DNA of 64,000 bases from Octopus vulgaris (taxonomy: Eukaryota). A program made the position numbers and the translations under genes. Location of the stretch: the NCBI GenBank assembly GCA_951406725.2, contig OX597819.1:96844001-96908000 (forward strand), read 5' to 3'. Below the pieces are notes generated by a model, which saw nothing but the letters and a program-made list of their open reading frames with translations, was not told the origin of the DNA and did no database searches. Below are positions 27,141 to 41,708 of this stretch, piece by piece; within the stretch, counting starts at the first letter, position 1; every line of letters begins with the position of its first letter.

Positions 27141-29477
27141 CAGGAGAAAGAAGAAACCAAAACGACCGTCATTTTCCCTGTAAGAATCCGGATCAAATTC
27201 AGGTTCATTGTGCTGACAGCCGAGTCAGATTCCTTGTCTGATTTACGCTAGCCACTATAGATACTTCATGCAAGACAATTTACTTTTGCCTTAATAAATT
27301 GATGGAGGTCATAAACAGTTGTGATAATAAGGCCACCCCTTTATTCTCTGGCTGATCATCAAATGGAATTATAATTTATTAGGTAGCATCTTCTGAGTGT
27401 TTCTTCTGTTCTGAAAACACACGACTTTGACTTTTTCAAAAACTGTTTCTCCACTTTACACTTCATCTTCACTCAAAACTGAGTTGCAGCTATTTTCCTG
27501 TCTTCTATTACTCGAACTGTATATCTGCCTTTGTAACATTTTCATTTCCTCCATAAACTGGGTTTTTTGTTTTATTTTTGCTTTTGTTTTTCTTAATTTC
27601 TTTATTTTCCCCCACCATTTTGAAAACTATGTTATTATGGAAATATTTTAGAATTCAAGAAATCCTTCCAACTATGAATCTTCCACCCGAAAAAATAAAA
27701 TTCTATTAAGACTGCCATTTACATTTTCAGCTTTTCATCTTGAGAACCTTAGATATTGCACCTCAAAACATCGTCATGTTTCAATAAAAAGGTTACTAAC
27801 AACCACTGAGTCAGCATGAAGTTTATGAATGAATTCTCTAATCCGATAATATCAGCTTTGTAAAACTTTTCTTCTCTAAGCTATACGCATAGAAGGATAA
27901 CCACACAATAATCATATGAAACCATCTCTAATTAAAATAAATTGCTGCTATTTCTTATGCTGAAGAATTTCTCTTCACAATGTTACCTCTTCAAAGCAAG
28001 ATTGACATAAATATTTAAGTCAAAGGTCTTCAGCACAGAAGCACCACACATTGTGACATGATACAAACTATCTAATATCGGCCAGACTACCATTTCTTTC
28101 ACCCAACCAGTTGCAGCTGTTCTCTATTTTCATAAATTTGTATGAAATGTATATGTTTGGTTTGGTTTCTTTGTTAACTAAAGACGATTGTTTCGATGTC
28201 TTTCAAGTTTATTCAGCTCTAGTTTCACAGTGATATTTATTATTTAATGAATCGACAGTTTTACATAGCAACAGCAAGTCTTCCTGGCGTTTCATCTCTG
28301 CTGGTTTTTTCTATTGTGTTATCAAAAGTTTGACACCACTGAGATATAGGTTAGATCGCTGAAATTCTTATTTTAAATAGAAGTGTCAAATTTATTGCTC
28401 TTTTCCAGAAGATTAATAATGGAATGAATTAATAACAAAGAAAAGTTTCTTTGTAACTGACTGCTTTGAAAAGAAATATACAAACTACGTTTATATTTAT
28501 GAGGGATTGGCTTTTGTCATTCATCACAAAAGAAAGGAGAACAAATACATAAAAAGAATTGTGTTCTATATCTTTGAGGAGAATGTTGATGAAATGACTG
28601 AGTTAAATATAGAATTCCCTGACAGGTTGTCTAGTTTGGTATATATTTCCTGTCAAGTTCACGCCGCTCTAAATATGAAAACAAAACAACAGGTATTAAT
28701 AAAACAATGGTCTTACTGAAATTATTAATGCCGATGAAATCTGGTGTGAAACTTTTAAAAGAGATTTAAGCGAATGTGAACAGCAGTGGTAAGGAGAAGA
28801 AAGCGATGATACACCAACTGTTTCTATGGGCAACAACAGAGAAAAATGCGATAGCTTTCGAAAATGTTGGAGTTATAATAAATGCGAGTGTTACATATGA
28901 ATTAATATCTTTCATAAAATCAGGTCATAAGAGAATATGATTATTCAAGACGCTCCGCTTTATTCAGGAACCTATTTTGGTTTATCTATTTATTTATTTT
29001 AGTTATATTGCCAAATATATTTATATGATTCTAATTAATAGGAAAGGACAGAAACCCATGACATTCGCATCACGGAACTAATGAACAGCTGCTAGTGGAC
29101 ATCTGTAGAGAAGGCGTATGGCGGGGAGAGATTTCCCAGTACTGAGATTCTGCTGATGTGTTTGTGTATGTGGGGGGTACTGGCGTACTGGTTAGTTCAG
29201 AGTCTGAGAAAACAATGAACGGGGAAAGAAAAAAGCTGCATGAGAGAAATAAATGTAAAGAATAGAGGCTATTGTAGTTACGGTAGGGTGAGGAGACAGT
29301 GTATCTGCGACGTAGTAGTTGATTTGTATAGGTGTGGGAATTCTGTCAGTCAGCTGAGCTGGATAATGAAAATCAAGATCTTTACCTTTTGACCGACAGA
29401 TTAAAAAATAATTTTTTGTAACTAAACACTTTCAAACTTCGTATACTAGTATAGTAGTAATTTTATGGTTACACTCT

Positions 29478-29905
29478 GTAGAATAAGTATCAAGCTTAAA
29501 AAAGAAGTGCTGCGGTCGATTCATTCGACTAAAAATTCAAGATGGTGCCCCAGTATGGCCAAGACCTAATGACTGAAACAAATAAAAGATAAAAGATACA
29601 CAACGGTCTACTTCGGTCATGAATGATCATGGGGTTGCACTTAGAAAGTTACCCTCCGAGGCACAAGTCCGGGCAAGGTTGTTTATGGAAGACCAGCAAT
29701 CGCCCATGTATACCAGCCTCCCCTCTCTACGCAGGCAATGTTATCCAAGAGAAAGGCAAAGGCCGATACAGCATGGCACCAGTGACGTCGCAACTCATTT
29801 CGACAGCTGAGTGAACTGAAGCAACGGGAAATAAAGTGACTTGCTCAAGAACACAACACACAGCCCGGTCCAGGAATTGAACTCGCTACCTCATGATTGA
29901 GCCCG
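29478..29905. mobile_element. CORE-SINE 3' tail (+, 29478-29597) abutting a third-family SINE (-, 29605-29905)
   Basis: GGTGCCCCAGTATGGCC..TGACTGAAACAAATAAAAGA, then the reverse complement of 13200-13480. Confidence 0.8.
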
Positions 29906-30254
29906 ACAAGACTACAATGTCATAGTGATGCCTGCCTACCATACATTGTCACGAAATAGATGTAACATTGAATACACCTGACTTTCAGACTAGATTTGGC
30001 TGGGTGCTTTCCTTTGTCTCGTCACAAAAATTCTGTACACATTTCTGCTACAATAGATACATTTTAAGAGACTTGGAGTAGATAAGAGTACGCCTTTGAT
30101 GAGGCCGCACATGATGATGAAAAAAGACTTTTTGGCAGACCAAATAATTGATCAGTGATTAACTGATTAATTAAGCAATCAATTGTTTAATAGGTTGACT
30201 AGTGAAGTCATTGGCATAATAAGTAGAATCGAAATAAAACCAGTGCGTTTATGT

Positions 30255-30414
30255 TTGGCCCTGCTGGAGCACCACCTTTTTTAGTCGAGAAAATCGCCCC
30301 CAGGATTTATTCTTTGTAAGCCTAGTACTTATTCTATCGGTCTTTTGCCGAACTGCTAAGTTACGAGGACGTAAACACACCAGTATCAGTTGCCAAGCGA
30401 TGTTTGGGGGACAA

Positions 30415-30445
<31 letters not shown>

Positions 30446-30598
30446 ACGGGCTTCTTTCAGTTTCCGTCTACCAACTCCACTCACAAGGCTTTGGTCGACC
30501 CGAGGCTATAATAGAAGACACTTGCCCAAGGTGCCACGCAGTGGGACTGAACCCGGGACCATGTGGTTCGTAAGCAAACTACTTACCACACAGCCACT
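30255..30598 (-). mobile_element. CORE-type SINE, tail clipped
   Basis: Colinear with 9860-10218. Confidence 0.9.
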
Positions 30599-31152
30599 AT
30601 ACTAATTTAGGGAATAGAGTAGGTAAAATCCAGGTTACATATGCTCAGAAGTAGTCATTACTCAAAGAATGGTACGCCGCTAGCTATTCACAGGCCAAGG
30701 ATACCTTAGTCAAATGAAGGTTACCTTGTCTTCAAGTGGTCCCATGTTAACTCGCAGGAGATTTGATCGACAATGTAACCTTCATTTGACTTCAGGTATC
30801 GTTGGTCTAATGAGTAGGTAGTGGGATACCTCTCATCGAATAATTACAACTTCCGAGGTTCTGCTAGCAAGGAAACATATGTAGCCTGGCTTTTACTTAT
30901 TCCATTCCTTGAATTCAGATTTTTATTCGCATACACATAAATCCCAGTTGCTAAACGTGAACTGTAAAATAACTTTATTTTAGCTTATCGAACTTCGATA
31001 TGGGAAAAATTTACAACCTTCTACCTCAATAAATCATTAATATTCCTGAAAGTTGTTTTCTATACCTTCTACAGACTGCTCGAAGCTTACTGACTTCCCA
31101 CACCTGGATCCCTGAATCTTACCTTTACATATAATTATATATATATACATAA

Positions 31153-31343
31153 TCTTTTACTTGTTTCAGTCATTAGACAACAGCCATGCTGGGGCACCGC
31201 CTTGAAGAAATTTTAGTCGAATGTATCGACACCAGTATCTAATTTTTTTAAAGCCTGGTACTTATTCTATCCTTCTTTGCCGAACCGCTAACTTACAGGT
31301 ACATAAACACACCAGCAGTGGTGGTGACTGGAACAACACAAAT

Positions 31344-31377
<34 letters not shown>

Positions 31378-31600
31378 ACACACACACACACACACACGCA
31401 CACACACACACACACACAAACACGCACATAAATATGCATATATACAACGGACTTCTTTCAGTTTCCGTCTACCAAATCTACTCACAAGACTTTGAACTGC
31501 TCGGGGCTATAGAAGAAGATATCTGCCCAAAGTGCCACGCAGTGGGACTGAACGCCGAACCATGTGGTTGGGAAGCAAGCTTCTTACCCCACAGCCACAC
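31153..31600 (-). mobile_element. CORE-type SINE, older copy
   Basis: Colinear with 9823-10228, with more substitutions. Confidence 0.85.
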
Positions 31601-32884
31601 CAAGCCTTGTCTTAATACATTGTGTTACAACTGCTGATAGTTGCAATGGTTTTGACAACAAAAAGATCGCAGTTTTGCTTTATAGATAGTAGAGGTCGGT
31701 GGTAATACCTTGTAACTTTTCTATTGATTATCAAAAACGATGTTGGTTAGGTCTAAGTTACGATGTTAATTTATATATCTTAATGATTAGATTAGCTATC
31801 CAACCATTAGTTAACCAAACAATACGATAGAATATACAGCAGGCCTCTGTTTTCATTTAATATAATATCTCGGCTGTGTGGAGCGGAATATTCCCGCATG
31901 TAATAATTCAGATACAAATATAGCAACGTCTCTGCCATGTTACGACGTATTCATTTTTGGTAGGGGCGGTGCTTTATCGATATCCATTATATGGAGATAA
32001 ATACAGACATGTGTGTTTGTCTTACTGACGTTTCTGTTTGCCTTTAAAGATACACAAAAGAGTTGAAAGTTGTTTTACTCAAAATAATGGTACTTCAGTG
32101 AAAAATCTCAGATATATTATTAAAAGAGATCACTATGATGTTGATACTGGAAACAGAATTGGAAATCTGACAATGAAGTGTTTTCCTGAAGTCAAAATGT
32201 CTGAAGTTGGACATCGATTGAATTCAGAGGCATCACGTTCCCACCCTAAGTGCAATGATTCAAATTCTGGTTGCATATCTGGAAGAAACTACACACATCA
32301 CAGAACAGTAGCGCTTTTCTCTACAATAGCGCTGTAAAAGTACAAAAGGTTTTCTAATACTAGTTGTTATGACTGTAACTCTCCACTATGATGTAGTTAA
32401 TATCAATATTTGCCAATTCTGTATTCTCTATCTCCATCTCTCTTAGAAGTTTGTAATCGATGAAAACTCTAAAACACCACCTCCCAACACTCCTACATCT
32501 TTTAATCTGTAAGATTCCATTAACTAAAATTATAAATTTGGCGTTCGATCTTTTGTGATCTTAGTCGAGGTCATGCATTAAATCATATTAGAAAATCCAC
32601 TCAACGATTTTCTATTCTCTAAAATCTATTTTCGTATATTTCTGAATGTTATTTCCCTTTTCTGTTCGCTGTCACAATCTCTCTTTCTCCCTTTCTCTCT
32701 CTCACCCCCTCTCTCTGTCCCTCCTTACACTGTTTACATCTGTGTGTGAATATATACATATCTATATATACACATATATATATATATATGCATATATACA
32801 TACATACATACATACATATATATATGTATATATGTATATATATACATACATTATATATATACATACATACATACATACATACAT

Positions 32885-32991
<107 letters not shown>

Positions 32992-33837
32992 CGGTCAGCT
33001 TATCTATCTGTTTATCTATATCTTAGAATATATGTTTATCAATCTATATCTGTATCAATCTATATCTATCTTTATATGTCTGTTTTTGTGTATGTTAAGT
33101 TATCTTTATATCTATCTAACGATCGATCTATCCATCTAACCTCTCCCACTATTGACCAAATGAAAACAAACCAGAAATAAACATTCAATGACAAAAAGAA
33201 GTAAAAAAAAAAATAATGAAAAAGAAAACAACAAAGCACAAAATGAAAGGAAACAAAAGAATGAAAGTATGTTATACAATGACGACGATGACGACGACGA
33301 CGACCATGGCGGAACCTAATGTCTTCAGATCTCTATGCTTTTATAGAAGTGGTTAATTATGTTGTGATATTAGACGGGGTAGTTTGTGAGGGGACAGGGA
33401 GTGGGGTATAGTTTGATGGAGAAATGGTTAGAGGAAGAGTGGGGAGGGATAACGAGTAGGATGAGGATGTGAAAAAAGAGGGAAAAAATGGAATGGCTGA
33501 AAATGTGTGTGGTTTAGGATTAAAAGATGAGAGAAGGTAAGAGACTAAGAGGCGGTAGAGAGATTTAAAAAATAGTTGTGAAGGCGGGAGAAGAGAGGTT
33601 GTTGAAGGGGGTGGTCAATAAGGAGAGATGAAGGGGGGTAAACAATAGATGAGGAAATAAGGAGAAATAAACTGAAAGAGATAGGGTGAGAGTAAGGAGG
33701 CGCAACAGAGAAAGTGAATGAGAAAGACAGGTATATAGAAATTCTTTCTGAATGGAGGTGTTGACAAAAGCTGAACACTTCGAAAGTAAATACCATACAT
33801 AAGAATTTCACGAAGTAACGTGTATGTATGTATGTAC

Positions 33838-33868
<31 letters not shown>

Positions 33869-34784
33869 TGTATGTATGTATGTATGTATGTATGTATGTA
33901 TGTATGTATGTATGTACGTGTATTTTGGGAAAGAAAAAGATAGTTGGCGGATTGGGAGTAGGGAGAAATGAAGAGCGAGTAGGAAGAGAGTAGAGAGTAA
34001 TGAAAAGGCTGAAGAAGAAAGAAGCTTTTGCAAGGAAGCAGATTTAGGAACAATAAAGAAACCGATTAAAAATAAGCAGAAGAGAAAGAATTGTGGCTCT
34101 TAACAAAACTGGGAGCTCAAAGTTTAAGAAATAGCTGCCACAGTGCTGAGAAAAAGCAAGAAATAAAAGACAATATGAATGGAAATGGTCATGGAGCTAA
34201 TCGATGTGTATTCACAGACAATTAGTACCTGTTAACTTGCGAAGAAATCTCCTTTTTTTTTTATATCTCCTTCGACAAAAGATTTTGCTTGCTTTAAAGG
34301 GAGCTAATTGGATGCTGTTTTAATGTCTCTTCGTTAATCAGCCAGTGTGGAAGTGAGCATATTGAATTTCAAAGAATACAGCTGCATGTTTCAGGTTTCG
34401 TTGACATTTTCTCACCATACCCACTCTCTATCTCCCTCCCCTTCTCTCCATCGTCTTTCTCTTTCACTCTCTTTCTGTCTCTCTCTCTCTCTATGTACCT
34501 CTTTCTCCTCTTTACCTCTCTTCCTCTCGCTAGTAAAAAGAAGTCAAACACAATGCAGAGCAAATCAACAACAATTTCAATAACATGAATATCATTCCAA
34601 TTATTGATCCTTTTTATTGTATCATCGCTGTCAGTCGGTATTCGATATTCGATTTTATGAGAAAGAGCAATGTTCAAAAGATCACCTTTATTAGCTTAAA
34701 CACGCTGAATTTCTATTTTTCACACAATTTTTGAAATTAAGGACTTTCCCCAAACCAGTTCAGCGAAATTGTTCAGATTTATAG

Positions 34785-34992
34785 TTGCTAGAGACGAAGA
34801 AAATATCTTGTAGCTTTCGTCACGAGTCTTTACGATATGTGTTCAAATTCTGCTTAAGTCGACTTTACCTATCAGCCTTTCAGGCTCGGTAAAATAAAGA
34901 AGCAGCCAAGTACTGGAATCGTTAATAATCGACTATACTACTACCCCCACCCTACCCCAAGTTCCTTACCTTGTGCTTATGATAGAAACCAT
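34785..34992 (+). mobile_element. Meta-domain-like SINE, old
   Basis: GTTCAAATTCTGCTTAAGTCGACTTTACCTATCAGCCTTTCAGGCTCGGTAAAATAA. Confidence 0.65.
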
Positions 34993-35059
34993 TATTATTA
35001 TTCTTTTAGTTTCTCTTGTAATTGATTGTTATTGTTATTGTTGTTGTTCTTCTTCTTCT

Positions 35060-35525
35060 TCCAATCAGGACTCACGCCATTAGCCACAAAGAATAATCTC
35101 TAATTCGAGCCTACTCTAAGCTACTAAGAATGCGTGTGGGAACCTGAAGATCCACCCACCACACGCGATAGACTGGCGGTTGCACGGGCGCGAAAGCTAG
35201 TGTGTTATCCTCATTCCGTAAACGGTGGCTTTTAACGGGTGGAGAGCTGAACCATCCTGGGGTACAGAGGATTTGCAATCTAGACTAGGGTCTGAAAGTT
35301 TAGCACACCATAGTGGGTTACACCATGGTTCCTCTGCTTTGTGGCAGAAATAGGAAGAAAGAGTGAGAGAATGTTGTGTTGAAAGAGTACAGCGGGGTTC
35401 ACCCACTCTCCGTCGGAGCCTTGTGGAGCTTAGGTGTTTTTGCTCAATAAACACTCACAATGCCCGGTCTGGGAATCGAAACCGCGTGCATACGACCGCG
35501 AGTCCGCTGCCTTAACCACTGGGTC
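35060..35525 (-). mobile_element. Fourth-family SINE head and body with an alternative 3' region
   Basis: 35345-35525 is the reverse complement of 26770-26950; the downstream sequence differs and ends at (CTT)n/(GTT)n. Confidence 0.7.
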
Positions 35526-35838
35526 TTTAATAACAAAAAAATATTAACACGAAAAATACGATGAAATACAATAAAAGTTATAGCTGACGTTCAGAGAAAA
35601 CTGAAGCAGAAATGTATTAACGTTTCAGATATGAAGGCCTTTATCAGGAACGCTGAATGAAAAAATGGATGTGAAAAATGAAAGGAAATGAAAAAATGGA
35701 AAAAATATAAAAACAAAAGTTCGCTCATATGAGATATGTATCTCATATTAGCGCCATTTTGAATATGATCTGCAGTGGAAAGGGAAAAGGGGGAAAAATC
35801 ATTCGTGAGAGAGACGTAAGGGAGATAAATTTGAGCGT

Positions 35839-35882
<44 letters not shown>

Positions 35883-36184
35883 CGTGGATATGCATGTATT
35901 TGTGTTTATGTGCGTTTGTGTCGCAGTGCCGTGGAGCCGCATAAGTTTGAGTGTAATGGTTTCAGTGTGTATGCTGAATATGAACGCTGAATATGGTGTA
36001 TGATAGGTTGTTGTTTTTTTATATAGGAACATGCTTTCTGTTTTTGGAATGTATGTGTTAGTTTTGTTTTTTTCATGATTGTAGCAGTCTTATGACAAAG
36101 TTATGTGTGCATTTTTGCAGTAAGGTTTTCCATGTGTATCTATGTGTATCCGTTTGTGTTATTATTAGTGTATGAGTATTGCGC

Positions 36185-36560
36185 GCGTGTGTTCGCCATG
36201 AAGTATTGCATGAGGCTGAAATTGTCGTAGATCGCATATGTTTGAACTCCCCTGGCCAAACCATCGACGACAAGCGCCAACAACCTTGCTAATACCTTGA
36301 CCGAAATCTCAAACTCTGTACATAACAGGGTTATGGGCTGGAAACTAACTATAACATCCCTCTTTTTGGCGTCGTTTCTCAGTAACATTAACAGGTCCCC
36401 GACTCATTGAACAAGCAATTCTCTTGTTCTGCAGACGACGTTAATCAGGAGGTAGACAGACAACTCTGGTGTATATCATAAAATTCACAGGGCAAACCAT
36501 TTAAACCGGGTGTACGACTTGGCACAGCCCAACAATACCACTCGTATGTCACTTGCTGTT
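36185..36560 (-). pseudogene. L1/Tx1-type reverse transcriptase relic
   Basis: Minus-strand PGLNGLPCEFY, then LLRNDAKKRDVIVSFQPITLLCTEFEISVKVLARLLALVVDGLARGVQTYAI (decayed RPITLLN..KILAKVLA.RL...Q motif). Confidence 0.75.
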
Positions 36561-36607
36561 ATTGCCTTTCGCAATACCAAGTATCTTACATCTAATCACA
36601 GTATCAA

Positions 36608-37090
36608 TTTTTGGCACAAGGCCTGCAATTTTTATGATGAGCGAAAAGTCGATTACATCGATCCCAGTACTTGACTGCTTCTTATTTTAAGACCCCAAAA
36701 GATAAAAGGCAAATTCGACCTCAGTGGAAATTGAACTCAGAAGATACAGACGGACGAAATACCGCTAAGCATATTGTTCAGCGTACTAACGATTCTGCCA
36801 GCTCGCCGCCTTCATCATGGGCCCGGTTTCCCGGTTTCTGTGGCGAATGTGTTTCCCCCTAGCTGGACGGGACGCCAGTCCATCGCAGCGTTACTCAAGA
36901 AACAGGAAGAGAGAGAGAAAAGTTGGGGCGAAAGAGTACAACAGGGGTCGCCATCATCCCCTGCCGGAGTCTCCTGGAGCTTTAGGTGTTTTCGCTCAAT
37001 AAACACACACAACGCCCGGTCTAGGAATCGAAATCGCGATCCTCCGACCGCGAGTCCGCTGCCCTAACCACTGGGTCATTGCGCCTCCGC
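36608..37090 (-). mobile_element. Two adjacent SINEs: Meta-domain-like (36608-36811) and fourth family with a third tail (36813-37090)
   Basis: Homology to the other copies in this window. Confidence 0.85.
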
Positions 37091-37107
37091 ATTTAATAAT
37101 AGTAAGA

Positions 37108-39700
37108 AATATATGCAGGCATTTCAGCTGTAGGTTTAACTTTTGTCATTGACGAAACTCTCTGCCAAAATATTCACTCCAATCTTTATACATAAACTGA
37201 ACCATTATTAATTTCAGGTACTTTCCTTGGCAACAGCTATAAATATCGTTTGTTACAGATGCAATTATAGTTCGCCACTGGCCTTAAACTTATAGTTATA
37301 GTGTCTATCACTGGCCTTGCAGGTGGAAATAGTGGGAAGCATAAGTCTTGAAAATATAGTGTCTACCACTCATCTTGCTCGTGGAGACAGTCGTACCTCT
37401 AGCTTAACTGATGTTAGTAGTATGCATCACTGGTATTACAGTTCTAGACAATGTGTACCATTCATCTTGTACATGGAGAAAATATTTACTTAGAGATGTA
37501 GATAGTGTTTACGACTGTTCTTAACGATGTAGATAGTGTGTACCAGAGGCCTTACAGATATAGATAGTGTGTACCATCAGCTTTATGCATATAGATAGTA
37601 TGTGGTGCTGGCCTTACAGATAGCGACAGTATGTGCCATTTGCCTTGCATATATAGTGTGTAGCGTTGGCCTTGTATATGGAGATAACGTGTAATAGTAG
37701 CCTTACAGATATATTGTGTACTATTAGTCTTGCAGATATAAATAGTGTGTAAAACTGGACCTTACAGATATAGGTAATGTGTTTTAATGGCCTTTCTGAT
37801 GAAGGAACAGTGTACCGCCGACCTTACAGTAATATTGTGTACCTTTGATTTTACGGACATAGATACAGTATACCACTGGTTTTACTGATGAAGATATTGT
37901 ATATCTTCATTAGGGCGGTGAGCTGGCAGAAACGTTAGCACGCCGGGCGAAATGCGTAGCCGTATTTCGTCTGCCGTTACGTTCTGAGTTCAAATTCCGC
38001 CGTGGTCGACTTTGCCTTTCTAACTTTCGGGGGTCGATAAATTAAGTACCAGTTACGCACTGGGGTCGATATAATCGACTTAATCCGTTTGTTTGTCCTT
38101 GTTTGTCCCTTCTGTGTTTAGCCCCTTGTGGGTAGTAAAGAAATATATTGTATACCACTAGCCTAGTGATCACCGCTGGCCTTACAAGTGTAGATAGTGT
38201 TCACTGATAGCCTTACACATATACTTAGTGTGTAGCACTGGCCCTATAGATGGAGATGATCTGCACCACTAGCCTTACAGATATTCATAGTATATACCAT
38301 AGACCTTATAGATAGAAATAGCGTACAACAATAGCCTTACAGGTAGAGTTAGTGTATATCACTGACCATGATACACTGACATGTGTGCCAATGACTTGCA
38401 GTTCAAGATAATATGTGCACTTGCCTTATAGGTGAAAGTAGTGTCTCCCTCTGTCCTGGTAAATATAGACAGTGTATGCAACTAGCCTTAAATATTTAGT
38501 GTCTACTCCTGGCCTTACAGATGTACACGATGCGTACTACTGGAATTTATTGATGGAATAGAGTGTGCTACTCGCCTTACAGATGCAGGTAGAGTGTACC
38601 GTTAATTTTATAAGTGCAGATAGCTTATACTACTGACCTTACAGATGTAGATGTGTACCAATAGCCCTAGAGATGTAGATTGTATGTATCACTGTCCGTG
38701 CCGATACAGAATAACGACTGGTTATGTACACCGTCATGTGTACCAATAGCCTTACAGTTCTAGATAATATGTACACTTGCCTTATAGGCGGAGGTAGTGT
38801 CACCCACTGACCTGGTAGATATAGATAGTATGTACCACTAGTCTTGCTGATATAGATAGTGTATATCACTGGCCTTACAGAAATAGGCAATACGTACCAT
38901 TTGCATTATAACCGGAGATAGTATGTACAGCTGGCCTTACAGAAATAGGTAATACGTACCGTTTGCTTTATAGTCGGAGATAGTATGTACAACTGGCCTT
39001 ACAGAAGTAGATAGTGTGTAGCATTTGTTTTAAAGATATTAACGGTGTATTCTCTGGCCTTAAAGATGAAGATAATGTGTACCACTGGCCTTACAGAAGT
39101 AGATAGTGTTTGTCACTGACCCCAATGATGTATATTTTATCTATTACTGGTCTACATTTTCAAGGCTTATGGTTCTCACTATCTCCATCTGTAAGGTCAG
39201 TGGTAAGCACTATAACTATAACTGTAAGGCCAATAGCGAGACGATATTTATAGCGGTTGCCAGGGAAACTATCTGAAATTAATGATGGCTTAATTTATGT
39301 ATTTTTGAGATAAAGATCGGAGTGAATGCCTTGGCAGAGTTTCGTCAATGACCAAAGTAAAACTTACAGCTGAAATGCTTGCAAATATTATCTATTACTG
39401 GCCTAATTTTAACCACTGGCCTTACGTGTGTAGTTAATGTGTTGCTTCTCCTTTTACAAGTATACAACTTCTAGCGCTGTAGATGCTGTATACCACTTGC
39501 CGCTTTCGCAGACATTGTTTCGTCACTGGCTTTAGATCTTTTGTTAGTATGTACTCCGGGTCTGACATACTTGCTTAACATCAACTACTTGTCTTACAGT
39601 CATAGATATTGTCTACCACAGTTCTTTTACTATCTCCTTCTTGTCTTATAACCACATTTAAAATTTCCAACTTGTCTTGCCAGCTATAATTGTTATTCAC
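37108..39700. repeat. ~31-32-bp minisatellite array with ~250-bp inverted repeats
   Basis: Unit consensus GATAGTGTGTACCACTGGCCTTACAGATGTA; 37108-37358 is an imperfect reverse complement of 39152-39389. Confidence 0.88.
37912..38144 (+). mobile_element. Young full-length Meta-domain-like SINE inserted in the minisatellite
   Basis: Near-identical to 12737-12968; ATATTGTATA occurs on both sides (probable TSD). Confidence 0.92.
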
Positions 39701-40872
39701 TTACTGACGTTTGTGTGTAAAACCAGATCCGCAGCTGTATAGAATCCCATGGACGCTTATATATACTACTACCACTACTGCAACAACTCTTCACCACAGA
39801 ACCAATGCTGCACCATTGACGTATTTATATCATTACATGCATATTTAATTATCACAATCAATGTTGACATATAATGACAACATCATTGTTATTGTACAAC
39901 AGATCTTGTGACGCGGAAGGCCACGTTCCTATTGTAACGCAAGAGGCTATGTTACTGTTGTGACTCATTTGACCGTGCTATTGTAGGGACACATAAGGTC
40001 GTTTGCTGTTGTAATACATCAAACTAGCAGTAAAACCTGTTTCTGATGCCGAATCTCTGGGGAATGAATTGGTGTAAAAAAGAGGATCTTATGTATTCAT
40101 TCCTGAAAATTCTTTAAAACTAGTGTAATATCACATTTCTACCACCACTACTACGTTCAATTCAGTACAACTTAATCAGTCTGTGGAGAAAATCTGGATA
40201 GGAACAGAGTTCTAAAAAGTATTGACAAATAATTTCATAAAGTGAGGCAAGGGAACAAGAAAATGAAGCGGTATATAAAAATGCAAAGTATTCAGTGGAG
40301 ATGATACATCGTTTCTTTTTACGTTTTTTTTTTTACAGGAAGAGGAAACTTCATGGTTAAAGTGGGAAAGACAGAGCGGACACAGAATGCTAATATGTGA
40401 AAAATTGTTCAATAAAGGTTTCTTAGTAAGTCAGCTGGTCTTTTCTGTGAATGTGATCCAAAATGTTTCAATGTGAAGCAGCTGTTGCAGTATCCCAAAC
40501 ACATCAGCTGTACGGACTCATATGTGGGTTGCATTTGTGTCTCGTATGAAGCCTACATCAAATGTTCAAGGACAAATAACTTTCCGGCTTTAAATAAGAA
40601 ACTCACCGTTTGTGACGTTGACTTGGAAGTGTCATTGTTATGTGGTAACCATCAGTGGTTATCAGGCACTGTGGATTCATATACTGAACATTCACAGTTA
40701 TCAAAATCTACATATTTTTTTTGCTAAGCCATCCATAAATATGTATAGTGTATAATGTAAAGGAAAACTTTGCCTATACTCCTACTTCATATAACATCAG
40801 CTCTCTCTCCCTCTCCCCTTCTTTCTCTCTCTTCATCTCTTTTTCTTTCTTTTTCTGTCTCTTTCACTCTCC

Positions 40873-40943
<71 letters not shown>

Positions 40944-41475
40944 CTTAGTACTCACTTATTTTCAAAAGCCTCGGTAGCAACAATAGCGTCAAACTTCTTT
41001 TCCCTCATGTATCTACTCTTACACCTTACAATCTCAGTACTCTATTTTTTTCTTTATAAACTCAATCCTCTAGTTACAGTCACATTTACTTAGCGTCACT
41101 TTTCTCCTCTCCCCATTGCGTCCCCGGTATTTCACGTCACCATACAATCGTTACTTCTGCTCTCAACAACATTAGTGCTTTTGACTTTTTTAACGTTAGA
41201 ACTTTTTGTCTCACGTGTTCCAGTATTTCTTCGTTTAGTGTCAATACTCACTCGGTCTTATGTTAGTACTCCCTCTGCCTAGAGATAGTGATTCCATACT
41301 CAGTAACCGTTTGTATTTCCGTTCCCTACAACCTCACTCTCAATAATGGTCCACTCTTCATCTTTTGACTCTTTGAGTTCTCAAACCCCTGTCGCCATTA
41401 ATAGCAACCTCCAAAAGAAACAAAAAAAACTCACGTTGCTAAAATATAAACAGCACCATACGAACAATAATACCT

Positions 41476-41708
41476 GTTTCTTTATTACCCACAAGGGGCT
41501 AAACATAGAAGGAGGACAAACAAGGACAGACAAAGAGATTAAATTGATTGCATCGACCCCAGTGCGTAACTGGTACTTAATTTATCGACCCCGAAAGGAT
41601 GAAAGGCAAAGTCGACCTCGGCGGAATTTGAACTCAGAACATAACGGCAGACGAAATACCGCTAAGAATTTCACCCGGCGTGCTAACGTTTCTGCCAGCT
41701 CTCCGCCC
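41476..41708 (-). mobile_element. Full-length Meta-domain-like SINE with 16-bp TSD
   Basis: TSD TACGAACAATAATACC at 41459-41474 and 41709-41724. Confidence 0.93.

Noticed and set aside
32038-32337. 99-aa non-repetitive ORF as a possible host exon
   Set aside because: Non-ATG start, no recognisable domain, no supported splice partners.
35612-35652. Hammerhead-like CCUGAUAAAG...GAAACGUU on the minus strand
   Set aside because: G8 is lost and stem II does not pair convincingly; at best a dead relic.
37360-39150. CRISPR-like regular ~32-bp periodicity
   Set aside because: Units are contiguous diverged monomers with no unique spacers, no cas genes, and a eukaryotic context.
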